Shown: one piece after another, positions 51,152 through 63,261 of the stretch
Position numbering within the stretch: position 1 is the stretch's first letter
Layout: the number at the start of each line of letters is the position of its first letter
Assembly (NCBI RefSeq): GCF_022539665.2
Contig: NC_081331.1
Location: forward strand, 868,001-932,000
Length of the DNA stretch: 64,000 nt
Reading direction: 5' to 3'
Origin: Daphnia carinata
Taxonomy: Eukaryota
Position numbers and translations under genes: made by a program
Notes under the pieces: generated by a model
The model's database searches: none
What the model was told of the DNA's origin: nothing
The model's input: only the letters and a program-made list of their open reading frames with translations

Positions 51152-52650
51152 CGTCTCGGGAATCCAAATTAAGTATAGAAATGTCATGTCATCCATTCAA
51201 TCATTACAATTTATTCAGTGTCTTGCCCCAACCAAGAATCTTTTCAGATCCAATGTTACTTTTAACCTATGCTGAGAAAAGAAAAACAACACCATTAAGC
51301 ATCTCAATTGTAGCTCATGTGACTTACATGACTTATAGATTCAACTTCTGGCAGAAGCTTGGGAAAGGCCATACAAATTGCAGATGAAAATCATTGCATA
51401 AGGCTCTTGAATGATAAAATAGCACCCCTAGAATGTTGCATTGTTGATAGTTGTGTTCCCAGTATGCTGAAAATCCTTTCCTATTGGATAAAATTTTTTT
51501 TTAGATTAGACATGGTTGGCAAAAAGCAGGAGAAATGCTTTGTCATAAATTCAAAAAATTTTCAAGAAAATTCCTTTCATACCTAAAAAGTCCATGTATG
51601 ATGTTCATCGCTGCAATGCCAACGAAATGAAACATCTTTAGGGCCATTTAAGTACCCAGCTTCACCAACACTCTGAACGTAAAGGACAAGTTGTTCTTTA
51701 GCAAGAGAAGCAGAATTATTTGAGGCTTCTAGCTGTGACAGAACTATAAAGGATTGCTGTTACACAGGATTCATTCACACAAGATGGTACTTCTCATTAG
51801 ACAATTTGCATACTCTATTACTTTACCTCATACCTTAATGGTAATGCACTTTCAGTGTTTTTCAACTGTAGGCTCACTCTTCCATCCTGTAATACTTCCA
51901 GACTTGACTTGATCCCCCACTAAAATTCTGTGAATGCAAAATAATAGCATTAAAAATACTTTTTCGATAGACAAAAAACCAAAAAGTACCTAATTCATGT
52001 TTTATGTTGAACTCATGCTATTTCTGGGTTTCCGTACCACACCCATTTTCAGTCCAAATACGGTCCCACAATTGTTCACTTCCTTCGCTGCATGGACTTA
52101 TTACTAACAATTCTTTTAGTGCAGCACTAACAGAATTTAACTTTAACACACTGTCAGGTGGTAGACTGAATAACTAAACAATAAATAATTGTTTGTTAAA
52201 ATTCTATACTTATTTTGAATTCTTATTTGAAAAGTTTTGGTACCTGACTGTGTTCGCCTAATGCCAATTCATCCTCATGTTCAGTTAGGGATGAGTTTGG
52301 AAAAACCTCCTTCACTGTTTGGAAACTGTTCCGTTCCAATTTGTTCTTTTCCCCTAGCTGATCTTGTAGACTCAAAATTTGAGCTACAAAACACAAATGA
52401 ATAAAAGCAAATAAATAGAATCATTACATATTAGGCCTTACCATCCTTAGCTTTGCTGTTATCTAATATTTTGTGTTGTTCCAATAATTGGTTGGTTAGT
52501 TTGATCTAATAAACAATAATTAATAATTGAAAACCAATATAATAATGTTTATACTTACCATCCTTTTGTTGTATTATCTTATCCATTTTTCATTTGTTCC
52601 TCCAGCCACGCGTTATTCTCCATCCACGCTACTGAACTAACTGCGAATGG
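51152..52650 (-). pseudogene. Decayed multi-exon gene of unknown family, convergent with the 47776-49422 pseudogene
   Basis: About 8 exons bounded by strong minus-strand GTAAG/GTAC donors and pyrimidine-AG acceptors with ~60-70 nt introns. Translations include AQILSLQDQLGEKNKLERNSFQ, LFSLPPDSVLKLNSVSAALKELL, SFKSLMQ*FSSAICMAFPKLLPEVESISH and HRLKVTLDLKKILGWGKTLNKL**, with in-frame stops. Confidence 0.6.
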
Positions 52651-52859
52651 CATCCAATGGACTGAAATTGCCTACGCCAGTAATAACGAGTCTGAGCGGT
52701 AGATGGCTACGGGTCGGAAAAAAAGAAAAAAGTGTGATTTTTTTTTTTTTTGGCTAAATTTTTTTTTTGTTGTTGTGTAAAACGGATTGCTATAGAAATG
52801 TCGCTTTTTGATTATTTTCGTCAAAAGTAGAAGGCAAAGTTCACTTTTCAATGAATACC

Positions 52860-53193
52860 GATTTCAAGGTAGTAATTTATTTTCTCGCCAAATCAGCCAT
52901 ATTTGAATTATGTCGAATAATTTTGCTAAACATGGTAGCGCTGTAGCGGAGTACTGGCGCGATACTTTTTCAATCCTTTTTTTATGTTTATTTACAAAAA
53001 TTTCCTTCCTACGGTAAAATAAGATCAATTTTTGTGATTTTCGTTCCATTACAAGTGCGAATCATGTATTTTTACAAATCTAGATTATTGCGAAAAATGA
53101 AAAATTGGGAAGGCGGAATCTCTCGAAAATGCTTGAAACTTACAGTTTTCTGTTAATTGAATGCTGATTTCAAGGTAGTAATTTATTTTCTCG
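52860..53193. repeat. Exact 28-bp direct repeat pair plus the right copy of the outer degenerate inverted repeat
   Basis: GATTTCAAGGTAGTAATTTATTTTCTCG occurs at 52860-52887 and 53166-53193. 53058-53172 is inverted-similar to 47247-47405. Confidence 0.75.
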
Positions 53194-53346
53194 GTTAATA
53201 AGTTTTTCGTCCAAGCTATGTCTTCTATACCGTTATCACGACCTAAAACAATGGTACAAGATGAGTTTTCTTCCTCTTAAATGTCGCTAAATAAAATTAC
53301 AATACCGATAAAAATGGTTTTGAGCTTCTTTCCTTCCTCTTAGACT

Positions 53347-55952
53347 TCATTCTTTTCCTGCTTGGTCTCTCATTGTCATTTTATCCAAAACGTTCTCAAA
53401 AATCTGAAAGAACAGTTCTTCTTTGGCTTTATCACAAACGCTTTGTTCTCTGGGACGTGGATTTACATCCAACTGCAAAAAACTTGCAGTCATCTTATCA
53501 GGAAGTGGGTTTTGCGTTTCACGCACAGCAGTTTCTAGGCTATCTTTACTCTCTGAATTATTCCCTACTCTTGATGAAGAGGCTTTATTTTTCTGTGAAG
53601 AACCAGTTGCCTTTTTACTAGCCTTGCTTGTATTCCGCTTTTCTACCACGTCTGATCCCTTTGCAATGGTTACCCCTTCTGCAACCAGTGGCTTGCTTGG
53701 AACACATGGAGGTTTCACTGATCGGACAGCATTTAAGCGTTTCTTCAGATTTTCAATGTTCTTCAATGCCTTTTTTAATTCTCCGATAGGGACTGGTGCA
53801 TACTGAGTTTTCCCATAAAACTTTTTTTTGGCAAGCTTCAGTTCCTTAGCTAACAGTTCTGCAGTTTTCTCATGATTTGAAGACTCAGAAATGTTTGGGA
53901 AAACATTTGTGTCGGCCTCTTTGGCTGAGTCCTCGGTTGGCAATACCTTTACACGGTGCCTTGTGCTAGTTTTATTCCCACTTTTTTCTGTGGCAGTAAA
54001 CAATGGAGACTTTTTCGCTTGAGCTTTTGAGCTTTGGACAGTGCACTGGGCAGAAGGGGTTGGTGAACTGTTCACAGTAGTCATAGTTGAAGTCTTTTTT
54101 TTACCATTCTTTGCTGGAGCACTTTTTGCAAGAGTCTGTGCTGAAGGCTTTTTTTCGCTGGTCTTAATAAGAATTTCGTTTGCCGGGGTCTTTACTGGAG
54201 CCTCTTGCAGAAGGGTCTTCACTGGGATTTTTTTCTCGGGTATGCTTACGGCTGAAGTCATGGTGGGATCCACATTGTCAAGAATCTTTGTTGGAGTTCC
54301 TTTGCTTGTAGTTTTAGCCGACTTTTTTTTATTTCGAGATTTTGTTGCATTCACCGCAGCATTTTTAATTTTAGAAACTTTCGATTTTGGTTCGATAGCC
54401 AGTGGCTTTTTATTGCTCTTAGATTGAACATCTTCAGTGACAATCTTCGTTGTAATGTTTATCGAGGAGACGTTTTCGAAAGAAATATTTGATACTGCAC
54501 CATTTATTCGGGTTTTGTCCCCCTCGTTTTCGGTGAATATCATTACTGGAGCAAGTTCAGACACCGTTTCTTCAGGTTTCGCTGCCGCAGCTTTTTTGCT
54601 AGCAGTCTCCAATATCTTCTCTCCCAGGGTTTCCCCACGTAATATAGTACTTTTAGTGCATGACTTCTCCATGATGGCAGTCTCATTCACGGATGATTGT
54701 ACCAAAACATTTGTCGGACAATTTTTGGTGGGAAAATTTGATTTAAGCGTGTCCTTGATGATTCCGAATTCCGGTTGGAATACCGGTAGACAAAACAGCC
54801 CCTTGCCGTTTGTTTCCTTTGCGCTTTCTTCCGGCAACTTTTCATTAAATACTATTGATGCACCGTCTTTCAGCAAACCTTGAACAATGCATGCAATGTT
54901 TCGAGCATCGTCCAAACCTGAATGGGCGCGTCCTTTAAATTGGTAACCCATCTCCCGAATCATTGCATTTAACACCGTCTCATTGATACGACGAGCTCGT
55001 TTCTGCATATCACCAACCTTGTAAAAATTGCTGAAGGTTTTTCGAATATTGACCCAATATTTCCCATATTCCGGGAAGAGAATGTTCGATAACTAAAAAA
55101 AAAATCTATAAAAATAGATTTTTGGTACAAATTATGAGAACTCCTTACCGCACATTGCCTTTTCAGGAAGTGACCCATATCCTTTGATCCATCAGTGACA
55201 ATTGCAAAAGAAAATTTGGAACCCAAATCCTTTCCTTGTAACCATTCATTAAAAGATGCAAAAGTTTCATGAAAGGAAGGTGCTTGATCCACAATGTCCT
55301 GAAGAAGGAAGTTGTCATTTCAATCAAAAATAGTTTCCATTTGTAAATAAGACCAATTAATTATTAATATAATATATTATTGGTAGCCAAAAAGAATTAA
55401 CCTGTGTGATTCCTGTAAGTTTGAGGCAATAATCTGTTAGTAAGGGATGCAGTATTGGGCGGCAATAGGATTGAAATTCATCCTCCACTTTCCCAGTTTT
55501 GCAATCTAGTAAAACTGCAGGAAACTCAATAATTTCTTGGTGTTCTGGTCTGGAAACAAACATCTAAATAATGAATGCAAGGTGACTGATTTATATAACT
55601 ACATTTACTTGATATCCTTTTGCCCGTCACATGTTGCTTCGAAGTCAATAACAACATAGAAATCAAAGACCTTTTTTTTTAGATAATCTTCATGTGCATT
55701 TTGTATTGCTGAACTCTGGTACATGTTTAATCGTTTAGCTAGAACTCTGATGCTTCCATTGGTGTCCAGTTTCAACTTTTCCAGTTCTTTAATAAGCTTT
55801 GTTTGGGAGACTTTGTGACTATTCATATGATGTCTCACCAAAACATTTTGAAGTGTTCCAATGCTTTGTACTGAATGGCCAGAATCTGCTTCTTTTTTAT
55901 CTTCCTGGCTTAGGCCGTCCAGTTTATTAATACCATCACTATACACATGCAT
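53347..55952 (-). CDS. ERI1: ERI1-like 3'-5' exoribonuclease (SAP-like domain plus DEDDh) with a long K/S/T-rich C-terminal extension, about 795 aa
   Basis: Exons 55952-55609, 55549-55402, 55298-55149 and 55092-53347 are in phase. SAP-like LIKELEKLKLDTNGSIRVLAKRL; ExoI VIDFEATC; EIIEFPAV; FQSYCRP; LTGITQ; TDGSKDM; GRAHSGLDDARNIA. Confidence 0.85.
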
Positions 55953-56827
55953 TGTTTAACCTCAATGTAAACTCCTAATGCAGGGACTGTAAACATAAAA
56001 GTTAAACTGATGACACTTAAAGTTAGCTTAAAAGATTAAAATGTACAAACTTATAGAACAAACCGACAGGAATGGTTAGTACTCGACTATGCAGGTCTCA
56101 TGATGCAATAAATCTTTCGTGTTCATACTTTAGTCAACAACATGGGGACACAATAGACCTTTTCGTAGGCGGAGTTGTACATGGAATCCGACCTTATCCA
56201 AAACGACTCAAATTACAACATAATTAGCTCATCGTTGTTGCCACTTGACTTAAACTGAATTAATTTGACAGTAGAAAGGAATTAAACACAGAAAACGCTA
56301 AATTTTTTATTATTATTTTAAGTGTCACTATTCATTTGAGGGATATTAAAGTTCAAGTCAAGTTGTTCCCAGATCCCAGTCTACATGATGTAAAACTCTA
56401 AACACATTTGCCGTGGTGAGAGCCATATTCGGTGAACGTTGCCGGATGGGAAAAATGTTTATTTAATTTTAATAACTGCTGAAACAGAGTCGCGGCAGTC
56501 ACGAACTCTTTTTTGCGGTTCTAGGATTTTGATTCAACGACATAATAAGAAAAAAATACATAGTTTACTAACTTTTTCACTGATCACTGTTAAATTGTTC
56601 AAATGTTGAAAATAAATAGTGAATCAATTGAACTTTAACTTCCCAAGTAGATTGATTATTGGTAAAATTTGATATTTTATGAATTGCATTATATTGTTAA
56701 TTATAAACTATTATGTTACGGGACATTTTTAGTTTACCACTTTGTTTCATATAAACACAAAATCAAACTCCCAGCAGACGATATCTAGTTGTCAATCGAT
56801 CTAAAGGGCAGCTCAAGGTGAACGTGA

Positions 56828-57999
<1,172 letters not shown>

Positions 58000-58621
58000 A
58001 ACCTGGAGTCAAGAAATCGTTGGAGAGATTTTTATTTGTTTTTATCAGGTAGTAGAATGCTTGATAAACTCCTTAACTTAATTTGTTCTTTCATGGTTTT
58101 CGCTAATCGTGTTGGTGTTCTTTTTTTTTTAATGTGTTCGTTAATAGAACTATAGGGTATTAAAAATAACTACCTGCTTTTCGTCCTTCACTTTGGTGGC
58201 AGAAAATTCGAGACCGTTAACACATTGTTCCTAATCACTTTACGTGGTAAAACATTCTCGTTATTGAAACTATATCAAAATTAATTGAAACAGAATCCTA
58301 CAAGTTTCGTCTAGAAATTGTGTTGGCCCCCCCCCCCCCCCAAAGGGAAGGGTAAAAAAAAATTTACAATGTTTCAAAAATAATTAAATGCAAAATCTTC
58401 AGAAAAATGCAAAGATTCCGATCTAAGCGTGGCTGTAAACTAAGAACAATTTCATTCGTATTAAACTGTACAAACGGTAAACGGACAGTTAGGAAATCAA
58501 CCGTCATACATTTAAAATCGTCGGTAACGGACATGGTTTTAACACCTTGAGTGTAAAAGGGATGCAAAAATAATTCGTTACTACAAAATTTTGATCGAGA
58601 ATCACGGGTAGATAATGCAGC

Positions 58622-61600
58622 TCAAGGCTGATTATCAATGCGAGAATTTTCAACAGGAGCATTTACATTGCCTTTTGAAATATTAGTGTCAACCGTTCCC
58701 GTACCACGAGAGACAGACAGTTGTCGTAAAAACTTAAACTTAACATGTCGCGGAGTTAACGTAGGTGTTTCTGGGTCAGATTTTTCGTTTTCTGAATGGT
58801 GCGATTCTGTTAAGACAAGCAGAAAAACGTTACGACCACATTACTAGACACCCAGTGAGAATTGATTTGACTAGTCATTGTGTTAAATATACCTGTCTCG
58901 CTATCTTTCTCGATGGTGCTTTGCAATAGTTCATCGCTGCTCGTATCATCCAGGACATTTCCAACACGTGCACTAGCGCCTAGAAGCACACCTGAGTTGA
59001 CGTCTTCAATCGCTTTGCGCAGCTAATGAGATGAGACATTCAATTATTATCACACTACTTCGTCCCGCTTAATTATCAATTAGATTTTATAACAACTTGT
59101 AATTACCTCTGTAAGAGAAACGACACCAACTAGTTTCCCTAGAGTAGTAACGTAAGCGTGATGGACTCCAAGTAGTGAAAATATGGAATGAACTTTTAGT
59201 AGCGAGGTCCGTTCGACCAACTGGAATGGGGCAGGATCAACTGAGCACTTTTTGAAGTCCACCGGCTTCAACATTTCATGTTTCTCCCATTCCGCTTGTT
59301 CTTCAGGAGACATGTCAGTACCGCGCTCTTTGGTTTTTAACGAATAACTTCCCTAGATGCCATGAATAATTTAAAATCAGTTTTCAAAATGAAAAAAAAA
59401 AAAAATCCAAATGTAATACAAACTTTTCGTTTGAAGTGAGGTGGAATAGGAGGCACCGCCGTCATGCTGCTAAGGAAACTGAAATTATCACTGTCTCCAG
59501 AATCTGATTGCTTTGATCGGAGAATGGTCTCGATGGCGTTGCGGAATTTGCTGTGGAAAGCACGATTATGAGTCCAAATAGATAATAGAAACAAAAAGTC
59601 CATCAAATACGATACCTTCCCTCGACCCCAGTCACGGTGGAGTAGGTTGTGGGTGCTGAGAGGTCAGCGGACGAGGAATGTTTAGATCGTTCTCCGTGAG
59701 GGAAGGTAAATGAGCTAGTCCTCTTGAGAATAGATTTGATAAATCTCTGGGGTGGCGTCTTGAGATTCTATCCATTAAGCAGCGTTGCAGAAAGTCATGA
59801 AAAACCAATTAAAACAGCAACATTAGATGAATAACGCATGCTAGCAACATTTTTTGTCCTACCGTAATGGCCTGTTCTTTATCATCGGGTTCAACAGTAA
59901 TTCGAGTTATTGCCAACGGGTCAGAAGATAAAGTACATGCACTGGCTTGTGGCAGTGGGGCCTCTGAGGGTTGCACCGTTTCGATATTGGAAACAACTGC
60001 GGTAGCTGTGTTAGGTGATGTGATTATCTCAAAACGTGATACTTTTCGCCGGACAGGAACGTTAGGCTGCTGGGTCATAAGTTCGGATTGAGGCATCAGC
60101 TGTGTTGGAGGGATAGTAACAGTTTCGGCAGATAGCAAAGCCATTCTAGCTTTTCGGCGAAGTTCCTTTTTTCTAAAATGATCCAAAAATGTAACGATGA
60201 ATTTGAGGATGCGTATTATTTGCCTTTTTCCTAGCACTAGGACCGCCTATTCATAGCCAAATACTAACCCAGCCGTATATGAAAGTACAGAGTACTAGCT
60301 ACTTACGATGAGTAAAGTGGAATTTAAAAAGAAACTTTAATTATGCTGTTTGCAGAAATTACCTTGCTTCTACAAAACGCTTAGCAGCGACCTCTGCACG
60401 GCGCTCGGGTCCGATATGACGTTCTAATAAAGCTAGTAATTCTAAGCGTTGAACAGAGCCAAACAAAATTTGTTGTTCTGCATTAGAGAAAAAAAGAATT
60501 GATGTTGTTTCACCTCTACATGTCTAGGTAAAAATTAGCTCATTACCTGTATCGCCCAGCAGAGGGAACGAACGGATTCCTTGACTATTTTCGATTATAG
60601 TTTTCAGCTCACCATATGTAATTCCATGCCAGATATACTTGACATTACGGTTCATGAAATCCTCGACGCAGATGCTATGGATAGCTACATAACATTCAAT
60701 AAAAACATTTAAGTTGAATTTAGAAAAAGAGTAACCGAGAGGAATGTTACCATACCGCTTCTCGATGGAAGAATATTAGGAAGATAAGGCAGCTTCTTGA
60801 TCATGATAATTGACTCGTAGAGTGATGGTTGGAGTAGAGTAGATATGGCATTGGACACTATAACAGCTACAAGGACGGGAATGATATGATGGATTTGGCC
60901 AGTCATTTCTGCAACGACAACGCTAATCGAAACCGTGTGAGTAACACCGGCCGAGAAGGCTGCCGCACCAACAATAGCGTAGCCTCCTAAATCGGGATAT
61001 TGTGGATCAAGTCCTATCATTGAGCTGAATACAAGATCATACCTGGTAAAATAGGATGTAAGACTCCAGCAGTGCGGATACCCTCCGGAAACCATAGATA
61101 CATAGCTTCGCCTATCATTCTTCCAAACGCCGCCCCCACTTTAAAAATGGGAAGAAGGCTGCCCGTAGGAACAGGTAACGTCGATGCAAGAATACTCAAA
61201 AAGAACTATAAATTAAAAATGACATGAATTATTGTTATCCACTTTCTTTGAATGATTTAAAAACAAACGGAAACTTACGTTGGCCGTCATGAAAATTCCA
61301 AGAGCTACAAAGAGGTTCGTGTTTTCAACATCCCAGTGCGAGAGCCTATCAGCTTGCTCTACCGACAGGTCATCGCTCAACCAAGTAAAATTGCCAAACA
61401 AGGCACCGACCTGCTGTTTAGTCGATAATGTCGTGGCCAAATAACGTCCAAAACCCGAAGGGTAAAATAGCGATGCAATAAAGACAGACACCAGACTCGG
61501 ATAAATGAAGCGGCTGCAAACGATAACAATGGATATGAAGAGAACAATGAGACTTTGAAATGAATAAAGACGAATGGAAAACACTTACTTGAATTTGAGG

Positions 61601-63261
61601 AATGTGCTAATCTTTTTATTGTTGCGCATAAAAAGGACATAACGTCGATGAAATAAAACGAAAACGGCTCCAGACAGGCCGCCAAAAACCCTTTTGATTG
61701 AAATTGATGATTATTTTAAACTGTAACAAATGTGGCAACTAGTTTGGCTAGAATTATAAAAAACTAACCCCACAAGCGCAAAAATAAATAATTCATGAGG
61801 ATCGTAGGGGAAATCGACTTGAAAATTTGTAGGAAAGACTGTCGTAAGAGTTTCTAAAATCACAACAAAATTATCAAACATTGGAGGTAATATAGATTAT
61901 TGATTGACATAGTACCTTCTGAATTGGACCAATAAGCCTACATCGAAAATCAGATAAAGTAGGTTATAAGGGTTGTTAAATAACGGATCATAATTAAAGA
62001 GAATCAAGATGAAAATGCTCACCAAAAGACGAAACATGAGGGCGCTAAAGACAGCAGAGAAGAAACCGCGCCTTTATCAATAGAATTTTCAATTAGTTCG
62101 TTTACCTTTCCAGGTCAACCATTGCCATTCTAAAGTGAACTTACCAGTAATTTCGAATTGCAAAATATACGGAAGTGACTTCAATGCTAAACAGCACCCC
62201 TATCGTTTCAATCAAGAATTATTTCCAAACCGGTGAATTGATTATGGTGCAACGAATGGACAAAATGCCTTTCGCCAATCGATTCCCTTACCTCCTATGG
62301 GAGCACCAAGGCTGCAGGACACGCCCACGGCACAAGCAGCAGCTAACATATCAGTCTTTCGTGACTCGTTTTCGTAAATTCCTTTAAAAGAAGAGAGTAG
62401 CTGCGACAAAAGTGTACCAACAATACTGCCGATATGAACTAGCGGACCCTGTTTAAACCGTTAGAATTTCGTATTTTGTGAAATCTGGTTCATCTGCCAG
62501 CAAAAAAAAAAAAAAATATTATCTACCTCTTTTCCTAAGGGCATGCCAGAACCCAAGGCAGCAGTAAGGCCAACAGTTTTGGCAACTAGTGTGCGAAATG
62601 TCAAATACTCTTTAAGGACCACGCCCCGCATGATAGTCTTCATTTCGGGAATCCCTGAGCCTGAAAGAGTTCAATAAATGCCGCCATGAGAATCAAGGTT
62701 GTAAAATTTCGCGGTCTTTCATCCAAAGATGAATTATTAAGATTTAAAAAAAAAGGGGCATAAATACCGACAGCTTGGGGTGAAACTATAAATACGAAAC
62801 CGGCCGCAAATAGAACGAGGGAGATGGGCAACGTGATCCAGGCCAAGTATTGAACAGCAGGATGGATGGTAAACTCATTATACATCCAAAGGCGAGCTTT
62901 GGGCGTCCATAAAAATAAGTGTTGTCATAAAAGTAGTGAGTAAAATAAAATTTTTGTTTTTGTTTTAGCAAAACCTACCAGTAAAACACATGTAGATGCC
63001 CAAGTCCATGGTAAAGCTTAGGAGAGCCATTATTATGCCAAGTAGGGCAAGGAAAGCCCAATCTTCTCCTACTTTTGCGAACGTTTTGCTCCAAATGTAT
63101 TTGAGCAGTTGGAGAAAACGAGCAAACCACTTGCCATAATGAGCCTGCAGTTCCTTACTTCGTATCTTATCTCCGGTGACGCTCTTTCTTTCACGCCGGC
63201 GGATATGTTGCGCCTGTTCTTTAGCGTAATCAGCGAGGCTCCTCGAATATTGGCCGTACAT
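58622..63261 (-). CDS. CLCN2: ClC-2/ClC-a-type chloride channel, many exons; upstream coding exon(s) possibly outside the window
   Basis: MYGQY...[37 protein letters not shown] (Val at the proton-Glu position indicates channel type), [24 protein letters not shown], and CBS2 [24 protein letters not shown]. The last exon ends ...IDNQP* at 58622. An AG acceptor lies immediately before the ATG at 63261. Confidence 0.93.

Larger units (their letters stand above)
49420..51154. mobile_element. Foldback-like unit: ~610-bp inverted arms (49420-50035 and 50546-51154) around a 510-bp spacer; possibly a non-autonomous DNA transposon
   Basis: The arms are reverse complements. By eye there are about 7 substitutions in the outer ~360 bp, and more differences including a 10-bp indel near 49907 in the inner AT-rich part. 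TTAA occurs near both outer ends (49434-49437, 51137-51140). No transposase ORF. The inverted repeat is certain; the transposon identity is inferred. Confidence 0.6.

Noticed and set aside
49420..51154. Inverted repeat as a fold-back assembly artefact
   Set aside because: The arms differ by clustered substitutions and a 10-bp indel and enclose a unique 510-bp spacer, which is unlike a chimeric read. Not fully excluded without reads.
53373..54883. Plus-strand ORFs overlapping the ERI1-like tail
   Set aside because: Antisense shadows of a long coding exon.
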